Origin: an uncultured Thermotogae bacterium
GTDB taxonomy: Bacteria; Bipolaricaulota; Bipolaricaulia; UBA7950; UBA9294
NCBI GenBank assembly: GCA_964495585.1
Contig: CAZBWD010000001.1
Coordinates: 1-32,745, forward strand
Reading direction: 5' to 3'
Length of the DNA: 32,745 bases
In this document: piece after piece, positions 9,246-17,865 of the stretch
How positions within the stretch are numbered: position 1 is the stretch's first letter
How the letters are laid out: each line of letters starts with the position of its first letter
Notes under the pieces: model-generated
Database searches by the model: none
Told to the model about the DNA's origin: nothing
The model's input: only the letters and a program-made list of their open reading frames with translations
Translations under genes and position numbers: made by a program

Positions 9246-9692
9246 CTAGATCACCTCTGCCTTTCCCCCGACCTGCTCGATCTTGTCGCGCGCGGTGCGG
9301 GTGTAGCGGTGTGCGCGCACCGTGAGGGGCTTGGTCAGTTCTCCACCGCCGAGGATCTTGAGGCGCGCGGCACGTCCCTTGACGAGTCCGGCCTCGCGTA
9401 GCGCCGCGAGCGTCACCTCGGCCTCCGCTGGGAAGCGTTCCTCCAACGTCTCCAGGTTCACGCAGGCGTACTCGACACGGCCAGGGTTCTGGAATCCACG
9501 CTTCGGGAACCGCATCCAGATGGGAGTCTGGCCGCCCTCGAATCCGGGGCGAGCCCGATTCCCGCTGCGGGCGTTCTGTCCCTTGGTGCCTCGGCCGCTC
9601 TCGTGCCCGCCATGACCGGAGCCGTACCCCCGCCCGACGCGCTTGCGCCGGTGCATGCTCCCCTTCGTCGGACGAAGCTCCTCCAGCCTCAT
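9246..9692 (-). CDS. rplO: 50S ribosomal protein L15
   Basis: 148 aa with a glycine/arginine-rich N-terminus (KRVGRGYGSGHGGHESGRGTKGQ). The ATG overlaps the rpsE stop (ATGA). Confidence 0.95.
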   Translation of the reverse strand: MRLEELRPTKGSMHRRKRVGRGYGSGHGGHESGRGTKGQNARSGNRARPGFEGGQTPIWMRFPKRGFQNPGRVEYACVNLETLEERFPAEAEVTLAALREAGLVKGRAARLKILGGGELTKPLTVRAHRYTRTARDKIEQVGGKAEVI

Positions 9693-10198
9693 GTCCTGAC
9701 CTCCTGCCCGGCCGGTTCCGTGGCCCGTCGCCGCGCGCCCACCTCGTCTCGACTGCGCAGGCGGGACAGCCCTTCGATGGTCGCACGGGAAAGGGTGAGT
9801 GGATTCGTCGTTCCGAGGGACTTGGTGAGCACGTTGGCGATCCCCGCCAGCCGGCAGATCGCGCCCACGGTCACCCCGGCGATGATCCCGGTACCGGGGT
9901 GGGCCGGCTTCAACAGCACCCTGCCCGCCTTGAACTTGCCGGTCACCTCGTGGGGGATCGTCCCTCCATTCAGGTTGACCTGAATCATCTGCTTCTGGGC
10001 ATCGCGGATCGCCTGCTGGATGGCGCGGGGGATCTCGGTGGTGTTTCCCACGCCGACTCCCACGCGACCGTTTCGATCCCCGACGACGATCGTCACACGG
10101 AACTTCAGATTTCGACCGCCTTTCGTGACCTTGCTGACCCGTCGGATGTCGATGATCTCGTTCTCGAACTCGTCATTGCCCCGCCGCGTGGTGATCAA
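9689..10198 (-). CDS. rpsE: 30S ribosomal protein S5
   Basis: 169 aa ([37 protein letters not shown]). TTG start overlaps the rplR stop and lies downstream of SD GGAGGGAGGGA. Confidence 0.93.
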   Translation of the reverse strand: MITTRRGNDEFENEIIDIRRVSKVTKGGRNLKFRVTIVVGDRNGRVGVGVGNTTEIPRAIQQAIRDAQKQMIQVNLNGGTIPHEVTGKFKAGRVLLKPAHPGTGIIAGVTVGAICRLAGIANVLTKSLGTTNPLTLSRATIEGLSRLRSRDEVGARRRATEPAGQEVRT

Positions 10199-10557
10199 AA
10201 CCTCATCCCTCCCTCCCGACAGGCCTCAGCCAGAGCGGCCACGACCCCGTGATACGGGTAGCCGCCCCGATCGAAAACCACGGTCTCGATCTCCTTCTCC
10301 TTGGCACGCTGCGTCAGAAGCGCCCCGACCTTCTGCGCGGCCGCGATGTTGCAGCCGGTCACCTCCCCGCGCAGCGTGGCCTCCAGCGTGGAGGCCGCGG
10401 CCAGGGTGCGCCCGGCCTCGTCGTCGATCAGCTGCGCATAGACGTGATGGAGGCTCTTGGTCACGCACAGCCGTGGCCGCTCCGTCGTGCCATGGACCCT
10501 CCCGCGCAGGCGACGGTGACGCTTGATCCGTTCCGCTTTCCTATCGATCCTTCCCAT
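10195..10557 (-). CDS. rplR: 50S ribosomal protein L18
   Basis: 120 aa ([34 protein letters not shown]...[23 protein letters not shown]). Confidence 0.95.
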   Translation of the reverse strand: MGRIDRKAERIKRHRRLRGRVHGTTERPRLCVTKSLHHVYAQLIDDEAGRTLAAASTLEATLRGEVTGCNIAAAQKVGALLTQRAKEKEIETVVFDRGGYPYHGVVAALAEACREGGMRF

Positions 10558-10571
10558 CTTCTGCCGCCTCC

Positions 10572-11126
10572 CTAGGCCGCCACCCCAGGCCCGCCGAGCT
10601 TCCCGGCCTTGTGCCGCACCTGCTCATCCTTGTAGCGGATCCCCTTCCCGCTGTAGACGTTCGGCTTGCGCAGCGCACGGATCTTGGCCGCGACCTGCCC
10701 CACCTGCTGCTTGTCGATCCCGCGAAGGATGATCTCGTTGAGGTTCGGGAGCTCCGCCTCGACCCCCTCGGGAAGGGCGTACTCCACCGGGCTCGAGTAC
10801 CCCAGATCGAGCACGAGCATCTTGCCCTGCAATCGGGCGCGGTATCCGAGCCCCTTGATGAGCAGCGAGCGCTCCCAGCGTTCCGTGACCCCATGGACCA
10901 TGTTCGCGAGGAGGCTGCGGTACAGGCCGTGCGCGGCGCGGTACATCTTGCCTTCCCTCCGGCGGGACACCGTGGCCACGCCGTCCTTCACCTCGATCGC
11001 CACGAGGTCGGGGCGATAGTCCTGCACGAGTTTCCCGTGCTTCCCCTCGACCGTGACCGCGGAGCGCGCCACGCTGACCTTGACCCCCGCGGGGATCGTC
11101 ACGGGGACCTTCCCTACCTTGGACAT
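10572..11126 (-). CDS. rplF: 50S ribosomal protein L6
   Basis: 184 aa, [19 protein letters not shown]... The C-terminal [14 protein letters not shown] is typical of L6. Confidence 0.95.
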   Translation of the reverse strand: MSKVGKVPVTIPAGVKVSVARSAVTVEGKHGKLVQDYRPDLVAIEVKDGVATVSRRREGKMYRAAHGLYRSLLANMVHGVTERWERSLLIKGLGYRARLQGKMLVLDLGYSSPVEYALPEGVEAELPNLNEIILRGIDKQQVGQVAAKIRALRKPNVYSGKGIRYKDEQVRHKAGKLGGPGVAA

Positions 11127-11533
11127 CAGAACACCTCACAGAGGACCTCGCCGCCGATTCCCCGCTGGCGCGCCTCCTGGCCGGTCAGGATCCCTTGAGA
11201 GGTGGAAAGGATACAGATCCCCATCCCTCCCAACGGACGTGGAATCCCGTCCTTGTCCACGTACACGCGGCGGCCCGGCTTGCTGACCGGCCGGATCGTC
11301 GTGATCGCTCGCTTCGCCCGGCTCCGCTCCCCCTCGTACTTCAGGTGGAGGATGAGCTCCGGCTGCGGTTCGATGGGATTGACCTCGTAGCCTTCGACGT
11401 ACCCCTCCGCGACCAGAATCCGGGCGATCGCCTCCTTCAGCGTCGAATGCGGCATCGCCACCTGCGGATGGAACTTCGCGTTCGCGTTGCGAATCCGGGT
11501 CAGCATATCCGGGATCGGGTGCGATATCATCAT
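11126..11533 (-). CDS. rpsH: 30S ribosomal protein S8
   Basis: 135 aa (PIPDMLTRIRNANAKFHPQVAMPHS...). The stop shares 1 nt with the rplF start. Confidence 0.95.
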   Translation of the reverse strand: MMISHPIPDMLTRIRNANAKFHPQVAMPHSTLKEAIARILVAEGYVEGYEVNPIEPQPELILHLKYEGERSRAKRAITTIRPVSKPGRRVYVDKDGIPRPLGGMGICILSTSQGILTGQEARQRGIGGEVLCEVF

Positions 11534-11546
11534 GGTTTGGTTCCCC

Positions 11547-11732
11547 CTACCAGCTGGATTTCTTCACGCCAGGGAGCTCCCCCCGGTGGGCGAGCTTGCG
11601 GAAGCAAAGCCGGCAGATCCCGTAGTCCCGGATGTACGCGTGCGGTCGGCCGCAGATGTTGCACCGGTGGTAGCCGCGCGTCGAGTACTTCGGCGACTTC
11701 TTGCTCTTCAGTATCAACGCCTTCCTTGCCAT
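11547..11732 (-). CDS. rpsZ: 30S ribosomal protein S14 type Z (zinc-binding, 61 aa)
   Basis: [61 protein letters not shown]; short form with CxxC...CxxC. Confidence 0.95.
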   Translation of the reverse strand: MARKALILKSKKSPKYSTRGYHRCNICGRPHAYIRDYGICRLCFRKLAHRGELPGVKKSSW

Positions 11733-11740
11733 AGCGCTCC

Positions 11741-12274
11741 CTAGTCCTTGAACGGCAGTCCGAGCCCCTTCAGGAGAGCGTAGCCCTCCTGGTCGGTCCG
11801 TGCCGTGGTCACGATGGTGATGTCCATCCCCTGCGTCGTGACGATCTCGTTGTACTCGATCTCCGGGAAGGTCAGCTGCTCGCTCAACCCGAGCGTGTAG
11901 TTCCCCCGCCCGTCGAACGACGCGGCGGACACCCCGCGGAAGTCGCGGATCCCGGGGAGGACCGCGTTGAACAGCCGGTTCAGGAACTCATAGGCTCGGT
12001 CCCCGCGCAGCGTTACCTTGCACCCGATTGGGTCCCCGGCCGTCAGGTGGAAGTCGGAGATCGATTTCTTCGCCTTGGTCACGATCGGCTTCTGGCCCAC
12101 GATCTTCGTCAGGTTCGCCACCGCGCCCTCGAGGACCTTCGGGTTGTCCTTCTCCGAGACCCCCATGTTGATGACGACCTTCTCGATCGCTGGGGCCTCC
12201 ATCACATTCCGGAGGCCGAGTTCCTTCAACAGCCGTGGCGCAACTTCCTTCCTGTATCTCTCACGCAGCATCAT
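11741..12274 (-). CDS. rplE: 50S ribosomal protein L5
   Basis: The track ORF is trimmed to the ATG at 12274 ([21 protein letters not shown]...), 177 aa. That ATG shares 1 nt with the rplX stop (TGATG). Confidence 0.93.
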   Translation of the reverse strand: MMLRERYRKEVAPRLLKELGLRNVMEAPAIEKVVINMGVSEKDNPKVLEGAVANLTKIVGQKPIVTKAKKSISDFHLTAGDPIGCKVTLRGDRAYEFLNRLFNAVLPGIRDFRGVSAASFDGRGNYTLGLSEQLTFPEIEYNEIVTTQGMDITIVTTARTDQEGYALLKGLGLPFKD

Positions 12275-12585
12275 CACCGGAACGTCTCCCCACAGTGCTT
12301 GCATCGCCGCATCTTCTCGCCCTCTACGACCGTGAACTCGACCCGCGTCGGGGCGCCACACTCCGGACACAGCGGCAGCACGTTGGAGATGTGGATCGTC
12401 CCCTCCCGCTTGATGATCCCTGGTTCGCGCAGGGTCTGCGTGGCCCGCTGGTGCTTCGTGATCATGTGCACGTTCTCGACGATGATCCTGTTCTGCTCAG
12501 GATAGACGACCATCACCTTCCCGATCTTCCCCCGGTCGTTACCGGCGATGACCTTCACCCGATCTCCCTTGCGAACCTTTCTCAT
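12274..12585 (-). CDS. rplX: 50S ribosomal protein L24 (with C-terminal Cys4 motif)
   Basis: 103 aa with the KOW motif ([19 protein letters not shown]). The C-terminus reads CPECG...CKHCG. Confidence 0.95.
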   Translation of the reverse strand: MRKVRKGDRVKVIAGNDRGKIGKVMVVYPEQNRIIVENVHMITKHQRATQTLREPGIIKREGTIHISNVLPLCPECGAPTRVEFTVVEGEKMRRCKHCGETFR

Positions 12586-12597
12586 GGTCGACTCCTT

Positions 12598-12966
12598 CTA
12601 CAACACCTCGGGGGCGAGCGAGATGATCCGCATCATCTTCTTGTCCCGCAACTCCCGTGCTCCCGGGCCGAAGACGCGCGTTCCGATCGGCTCCCCCTGC
12701 GCGTTGATCAGGACGACCGCATTGTCGTCGAACCGGATGTAGGTTCCATCCTTCCGCCGGTACGCGCTGCGGGTGCGGACGATGACCCCCTTTACGATCT
12801 GCCCCTTCTCGATATCACTGGTCGGAAGCCGCTTGCGAACGGAGCCGACGACGATATCGCCGATCTCCCCCACCCGCCGGTGGGACGGGCCCAGGACGTT
12901 GATGCAGCGGATCAGCTTCGCGCCGGAGTTGTCCGCCACCCTCAACATGGTCTGCATCTGAATCAC
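12598..12966 (-). CDS. rplN: 50S ribosomal protein L14
   Basis: 122 aa, [26 protein letters not shown]... Confidence 0.96.
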   Translation of the reverse strand: MIQMQTMLRVADNSGAKLIRCINVLGPSHRRVGEIGDIVVGSVRKRLPTSDIEKGQIVKGVIVRTRSAYRRKDGTYIRFDDNAVVLINAQGEPIGTRVFGPGARELRDKKMMRIISLAPEVL

Positions 12967-12968
12967 GG

Positions 12969-13214
12969 CTATTCCTCCGCCTTCTCGATCACTTCGACCA
13001 ACCGCCAGCGCTTCAACCGGCTGTAGGGGCGGGCCTCCTCGATCTTGACCAAGTCACCCAGACTCGCCGCGCGCTCTGGACTGTGCGCGTAGAACTTCGA
13101 ATGCCGCCTGATGTACTTGCGGTAGCGACGGTGAAACCGCTGTTCCTCGACCCGGACGACGATCGTCTTGGCCATGCGATCGCTCACGACTCTCCCGATC
13201 TTCGTCTTCTTCAT
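12969..13214 (-). CDS. rpsQ: 30S ribosomal protein S17
   Basis: 81 aa ([38 protein letters not shown]). Confidence 0.95.
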   Translation of the reverse strand: MKKTKIGRVVSDRMAKTIVVRVEEQRFHRRYRKYIRRHSKFYAHSPERAASLGDLVKIEEARPYSRLKRWRLVEVIEKAEE

Positions 13215-13411
13215 CCTCTCGCCTCCTGCGCCTTCTCCGAAGCGATCGTCATGACGCGAGCGATGTCCCGGCGGGTCCGTTCCAGCTCGGCGGTGTTGTC
13301 CAGCTCACCGCCCGCCTTCTGGAAGCGCAGGTTGAACAGCTTCCGCTTGAGCTCCCGCTCTTTCTGCACCAGCTCCTCGCGGGTCATCTCGCGCAATTCC
13401 TCGGACTTCAT
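13211..13411 (-). CDS. rpmC: 50S ribosomal protein L29
   Basis: 66 aa (MKSEELREMTREELVQKERELKRKLFNLRFQ...). 4-nt overlaps on both sides. Confidence 0.94.
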   Translation of the reverse strand: MKSEELREMTREELVQKERELKRKLFNLRFQKAGGELDNTAELERTRRDIARVMTIASEKAQEARG

Positions 13412-13839
13412 ACCTCTCCTCCAAGCACCGTCTTGCGCTTCAGCCGCGTCGGAATGGGGAGCTTGTGGCTCACGAGCTCATGCAGGCGCCTGGCCTCCGC
13501 CTCCCCGATCCCGGCGATCTCGAAGAGGACGGTTCCCGGCTTGACCACGGCCACCCAGTGATCGACCGCACCCTTGCCCTTTCCCATGCGGGCCTCGGCC
13601 GGGTGCTTGGTGATCGCCTTCTGCGGGAACACGCGGATCCACACCTTGGAGTTGCGGTGCGTGCGCCGCGTGATCGTCGTTCGGCAGGCCTCGATCTGCT
13701 GCGCGGTGATCCACGCCGGCGCCAGGGCCTGGATCCCGTACTCTCCGAACGCGACCTGGTTGCAGCGCGTGGCCTTTCCCTTCATGCGGCCCCGCTGGAA
13801 CTTCCTGTGCTTCGTCCTCTTCGGAAAAAGAAGCGCCAT
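13408..13839 (-). CDS. rplP: 50S ribosomal protein L16
   Basis: 143 aa (FPKRTKHRKFQRGRMKGKATRCNQVAFGEYG...). Confidence 0.95.
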   Translation of the reverse strand: MALLFPKRTKHRKFQRGRMKGKATRCNQVAFGEYGIQALAPAWITAQQIEACRTTITRRTHRNSKVWIRVFPQKAITKHPAEARMGKGKGAVDHWVAVVKPGTVLFEIAGIGEAEARRLHELVSHKLPIPTRLKRKTVLGGEV

Positions 13840-13840
13840 C

Positions 13841-14497
13841 CTAGCTCACCTCGTCCCGCTGCCCGCCGCCCGGGGGTTGTTCCCCACGGAAGACCCACGC
13901 CTTCACGCCGATATTCCCGTACTTCGTCCGGGCCTCGGTGAACCCGTAGTCGATGTCGGCACGGATCGTCTGTAAGGGGACACGCCCCTCCATCATCGTG
14001 ATCGACCGCGCGATCTCCGCGCCACCGAGCCGCCCGCTGACCTTGACCTTCACGCCTTGGGCCCCGCCGCCCATCACGCGACGGATGACCTCCTTCATCG
14101 CCCGCGCCGGCGCGATGCGGCTCTCGATCTGCAGCGCCACATCCTGGGCTACCAGTACCGCCTCGAGGTCGGGCCGCTCCACTTCCTTGATTGCGACCTT
14201 CACCGTGCGACCGGTCATCGCCTCGAGCGCCTCCTGCAGGCTGTGGATCTCGCTTCCCCCGCGGCCGATGATGATCCCCGGCCTTGCAGAGCGGATGACA
14301 ATGGAAACCCGGTCCTCCTTGGAGCGCTCGATGTTCACCTCGGCGACCGCCGCGCGGCGGTACCGTTGACCCACAAGGTCACGGATCCGTTTGTCCTCCG
14401 CGATGTACTCCGGGGCGAGCCGGGGGTTGTACCAGTTGGAGATCCACTTGCGCGTCACTCCGACCCTGAATCCGACCGGATTAACTTTCTGTCCCAT
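13841..14497 (-). CDS. rpsC: 30S ribosomal protein S3
   Basis: 218 aa, MGQKVNPVGFRVGVTRKWISNWY... Has a KH domain and GRLGGAEIAR. Confidence 0.96.
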   Translation of the reverse strand: MGQKVNPVGFRVGVTRKWISNWYNPRLAPEYIAEDKRIRDLVGQRYRRAAVAEVNIERSKEDRVSIVIRSARPGIIIGRGGSEIHSLQEALEAMTGRTVKVAIKEVERPDLEAVLVAQDVALQIESRIAPARAMKEVIRRVMGGGAQGVKVKVSGRLGGAEIARSITMMEGRVPLQTIRADIDYGFTEARTKYGNIGVKAWVFRGEQPPGGGQRDEVS

Positions 14498-14841
14498 TAC
14501 TCACCCCTCTCGTCGCCCACGGCGATCGTGATGTGGCTGGTCGGGCGGCGGATGACGTCGGCTCGCCCCATCGCCCGTGGCAACAGCCGCCGGAACGAGC
14601 GCCCCATGTCCACCGTCGCGCGAACGACGACCAGCTCGTCCACGTCGACATCGTAGTTGTTCTCTGCATTGGCGATCGCCGACTCCAGGGTCTTGCGGAT
14701 CGGGCGCGAAGCCTTCTTGTTCGACAGCGTCACGATGCGCAACGCCTCGTTCACGTTCTTTCCCCGAATCTCGTCGATCACCAACCGCGCCTTACGCGGG
14801 GAGATGCGAACATCTCTCGTCGTCGCACGTGCTTCCATCAT
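14497..14841 (-). CDS. rplV: 50S ribosomal protein L22
   Basis: 114 aa (ATTRDVRISPRKARLVIDEIRGKNVNEAL...). Confidence 0.95.
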   Translation of the reverse strand: MMEARATTRDVRISPRKARLVIDEIRGKNVNEALRIVTLSNKKASRPIRKTLESAIANAENNYDVDVDELVVVRATVDMGRSFRRLLPRAMGRADVIRRPTSHITIAVGDERGE

Positions 14842-14847
14842 CTCTCC

Positions 14848-15132
14848 CTAAGTCAGCCCTGGTGCCCGCTTCTTCTTCATCCCGCCGTGGCTGCGGAAGG
14901 TCCGGGTCGGCGCAAACTCGCCCAGTTTGTGGCCGACCATGTTCTCCACGATGTAGACCGGCACGTGCACCTTTCCGTTGTGCACCCGGATCGTCAGCCC
15001 GACCATCTCGGGGGTGATCATGGAAGCACGCGACCACGTCTTGATCTCCGTGAGCTCGCCTCGCTTCGCCCTCCGCACCTTCTTGAGAAGGCTATCCTTC
15101 ACATAGGGTCCCTTCTTTGTCGACCTCGGCAT
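14848..15132 (-). CDS. rpsS: 30S ribosomal protein S19
   Basis: 94 aa ([19 protein letters not shown]...[29 protein letters not shown]). Confidence 0.96.
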   Translation of the reverse strand: MPRSTKKGPYVKDSLLKKVRRAKRGELTEIKTWSRASMITPEMVGLTIRVHNGKVHVPVYIVENMVGHKLGEFAPTRTFRSHGGMKKKRAPGLT

Positions 15133-15144
15133 CGGTAGAACTCC

Positions 15145-15981
15145 TTATCGTCTCCCCTTGCCTGCCCGCCGTACGATGAGGGCGCTCGACCGCTTGCGCT
15201 GCCGCCGGGTGCGTCCTCCCTTGGCCAGCTTGCCGGTCGGTGAGACCTGAGGGCGGCCGACGCGGGCCCGCCCCTCTCCGCCGCCGTGTGGGTGGTCCAC
15301 CGGGTTCATCGCCACCCCGCGGACGTGCGGCTTGCGTCCCAGGTGGCGCGTGCGTCCGGCCTTCCCAGACTTGATGTTCTTGTGATCGGGGTTCGAGACC
15401 TCACCGACCGTGGCGCGGCAGTTCACGTTGAAGATCCGCACCTCGCCGGACGGCATCCGGATGTGGGCCCGCTCCCCCTCCTTGCCGATCAGCTTGGCCG
15501 AGGTCCCCGCCGACCGCGCGATCTTTCCCCCGCTTCCCGGAGTGAGTTCCAGGTTGTGGATGATCGCCCCGAGCGGGATCCGCTGGAGCGGAAGGGCGTT
15601 CCCCAAAGCGATTTCCGCACCGTCTCCCGCCATGACCGTCGCCCCGATCTCCAGAGAAACCGGAGCGAGGATGTAGCGCTTCTCCCCGTCCGCGTAGTGG
15701 AGAAGCGTGATCCATGCGGACCGATTGGGATCGTACTCCCGCGTCACGACCCGCGCGGGGATGCTGTCCTTGTCCCGCGCGAAGTCGACGAGCCGGTAGC
15801 GGCGCTTGTGGCCGCCGCCCCGCCAGCGGACCGTGATCTTGCCCTGAATGTTGCGCCCCCCCTTCTTCGGCATCGGCCGCAGAAGGCGCTTCTCGGGAGC
15901 TGACGGGGTCAGATCGTTGAAATCCGGCAGATCAGCATGCCGCCTTCCCGGGGATGTCGGCTTAAACCTCTTCAGAGCCAT
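15145..15981 (-). CDS. rplB: 50S ribosomal protein L2
   Basis: 278 aa ([15 protein letters not shown]...[17 protein letters not shown]). Confidence 0.96.
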   Translation of the reverse strand: MALKRFKPTSPGRRHADLPDFNDLTPSAPEKRLLRPMPKKGGRNIQGKITVRWRGGGHKRRYRLVDFARDKDSIPARVVTREYDPNRSAWITLLHYADGEKRYILAPVSLEIGATVMAGDGAEIALGNALPLQRIPLGAIIHNLELTPGSGGKIARSAGTSAKLIGKEGERAHIRMPSGEVRIFNVNCRATVGEVSNPDHKNIKSGKAGRTRHLGRKPHVRGVAMNPVDHPHGGGEGRARVGRPQVSPTGKLAKGGRTRRQRKRSSALIVRRAGKGRR

Positions 15982-15987
15982 CGTTTG

Positions 15988-16287
15988 CTATCCCCCTATG
16001 ATGTTGATCCGGTCGCCCGGCGCGAGCTTCACGATCGCCTTGCGCCAACGAGCGGTTTTCCCTTGGAGTTGGTTCAGTCGTTCACGCCTCGGCTTGCCCT
16101 TGCGGTTCGCGGTCCAGACCTTCTCCACCCTGACCTTGAACAGCTCCTCCACCGCCTTGCGGATCTGGATCTTGTTCGCCCCGGCCGCCACGCGAAAGGC
16201 GTACTTGTTCTCCTCCATCTTCGACCAGGTGTCCTCGGTAAGGACCGGCGCAATGATGATGTCTTCGGCGTGCATCAGCTTTGGCAT
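15988..16287 (-). CDS. rplW: 50S ribosomal protein L23
   Basis: 99 aa (IIIAPVLTEDTWSKMEENKYAFRVAAGANKIQIRKAVEELF). In the canonical position between rplD and rplB. Confidence 0.94.
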   Translation of the reverse strand: MPKLMHAEDIIIAPVLTEDTWSKMEENKYAFRVAAGANKIQIRKAVEELFKVRVEKVWTANRKGKPRRERLNQLQGKTARWRKAIVKLAPGDRINIIGG

Positions 16288-16919
16288 CAGGAGAACCTCT
16301 CTTCCAGCTCGTCGAGCGCGGCCTGCGTGAGCACCAGGCCCTCGTGCCGGAGGATGTCATACACGTTGATCCCCGCACAAGCGAGGCACTTCACGTGCTG
16401 CAGATTGGAGAAGGACTTCCTGACCGGGCGCCCGAATTCCTCGGAGCTGACCACAACGAGCGTGCTGCCGTTCATCCCCACCCGCTCGAGCAGGGAGACT
16501 GCCTGCATGGTCTTCGGCTCATCGAACGCGATCCGGTCGATCACGACGACCTTCCTGGCTTGTGCGCGATCGGACAACGCCGAGTTCAAGGCGTTGCCGC
16601 GCATCTTCTTCGTCAGCTTGATCGCGTAGGAACGGGGCTTCGGTCCGAACACCGTTCCACCCCCCATCCACAGGGGCGAACGCCGCGATCCCGCTCGCGC
16701 TCGACCGGTTCCCTTCTGCCGCCAGGGCTTGCGCCCCCCACCACTGACCTCGCCGCGCGTCTTGGTCGAACTGGTCCCCTGTCGACGGTTCGCCAGCTGT
16801 GTACGCACCGCGCGGTACAACAGGTCTGAATTCACGGGCGCGCCGAAGATCCGATCGTTCAGGTCGACGGCCTGCGGCTCCCCGGCTCCATCCAGCGTGT
16901 ACTGCCTCGCTTCAACCAT
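16287..16919 (-). CDS. rplD: 50S ribosomal protein L4
   Basis: 210 aa (RGEVSGGGRKPWRQKGTGRARAGSRRSPLWMGGGTVFGPKPR). Confidence 0.95.
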   Translation of the reverse strand: MVEARQYTLDGAGEPQAVDLNDRIFGAPVNSDLLYRAVRTQLANRRQGTSSTKTRGEVSGGGRKPWRQKGTGRARAGSRRSPLWMGGGTVFGPKPRSYAIKLTKKMRGNALNSALSDRAQARKVVVIDRIAFDEPKTMQAVSLLERVGMNGSTLVVVSSEEFGRPVRKSFSNLQHVKCLACAGINVYDILRHEGLVLTQAALDELEERFS

Positions 16920-17535
16920 GGCTCTTCCTCAGACGCAACACGCTCCCGCGTGGCCCGGGAGTCGACCCTTTCAGGATCAACAGGTTCTTCTCCGGATCCA
17001 CTCCGACCACCCTCAGCCGCTTCACCGTGACGCGGCGGCTTCCCATGTGTCCGGGGAGCTTGCGGCCCTTGACCACTCGACCGGGTTCGACACAGTTCCC
17101 CACGGAGCCCGGTCGGCGGTGGAAGTTCGACCCGTGGGTCTTCGGTCCACCGGCGAAGTCCCAGCGCTTCATCACGCCTTGGAAGCCCAGCCCACGCGAG
17201 ACCCCCACGACGTCGACCGTCTCGCCCTCGGAGAAGATCTCACAGCCGATCCGATCTCCCACCTTGTACGCCGTGGGGTCGTCCACCCTCACCTCGAACA
17301 GGTGGCGGTGCGGCGCGACCCCCGCCTTCCGGTAGTGGCCCTGAAGCGGCTGGGGAAGCGCTCTCTCTCGAACTTCCCCGTAGGCGAGCTGGACCGCGTT
17401 GTATCCGTCCGTGTCCTCGCTCTTGACCTGCACCACGGTGCAAGGCTTTGTCTGGATCACCGTCGTGCCGACCGCAGCGCCGTCGACGAACAGCTGCGTC
17501 ATTCCCACCTTCCGCGCCAGGATCGCTAGAGCCAT
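16912..17535 (-). CDS. rplC: 50S ribosomal protein L3
   Basis: 207 aa (MALAILARKVGMTQLF...GFQGVMKRWDFAGGPKTHGS). 8-nt overlap with rplD. Confidence 0.95.
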   Translation of the reverse strand: MALAILARKVGMTQLFVDGAAVGTTVIQTKPCTVVQVKSEDTDGYNAVQLAYGEVRERALPQPLQGHYRKAGVAPHRHLFEVRVDDPTAYKVGDRIGCEIFSEGETVDVVGVSRGLGFQGVMKRWDFAGGPKTHGSNFHRRPGSVGNCVEPGRVVKGRKLPGHMGSRRVTVKRLRVVGVDPEKNLLILKGSTPGPRGSVLRLRKSHG

Positions 17536-17554
17536 TAGCCTCGTCCCTCCATCC

Positions 17555-17863
17555 CTATAGCTTGATTTCGATGTCGATTCCGGTGGGAAGCTCGATGTCC
17601 ATCAGGGCGTTGATCGTCTCCGAGGTCGGCTCCTTGATGTCCAACAGGCGTGTATGGATCCGCCGCTCGAAGTGCTCCATCGACCGTTTGTCGATGTGCG
17701 GCGATCGCAACACCGCATAGACCCGCCTCTGGACAGGAAGAGGAATCGGCCCCGAGACCTTGGCCCTGGTCTCCTTGGCCGAATCCACGATCTTCTTGAT
17801 CGAGCTGTCAACCAGTTCGTGATCATAGCCCCGCAGCTTGATTCTGATCTTCTCTCTCGCCAT
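17555..17863 (-). CDS. rpsJ: 30S ribosomal protein S10
   Basis: 102 aa (KIRIKLRGYDHELVDSSIKKIVDSAKETRAKVSGPIPLP...). The start lies 2 nt after the fusA stop. Confidence 0.96.
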   Translation of the reverse strand: MAREKIRIKLRGYDHELVDSSIKKIVDSAKETRAKVSGPIPLPVQRRVYAVLRSPHIDKRSMEHFERRIHTRLLDIKEPTSETINALMDIELPTGIDIEIKL

Positions 17864-17865
17864 GA

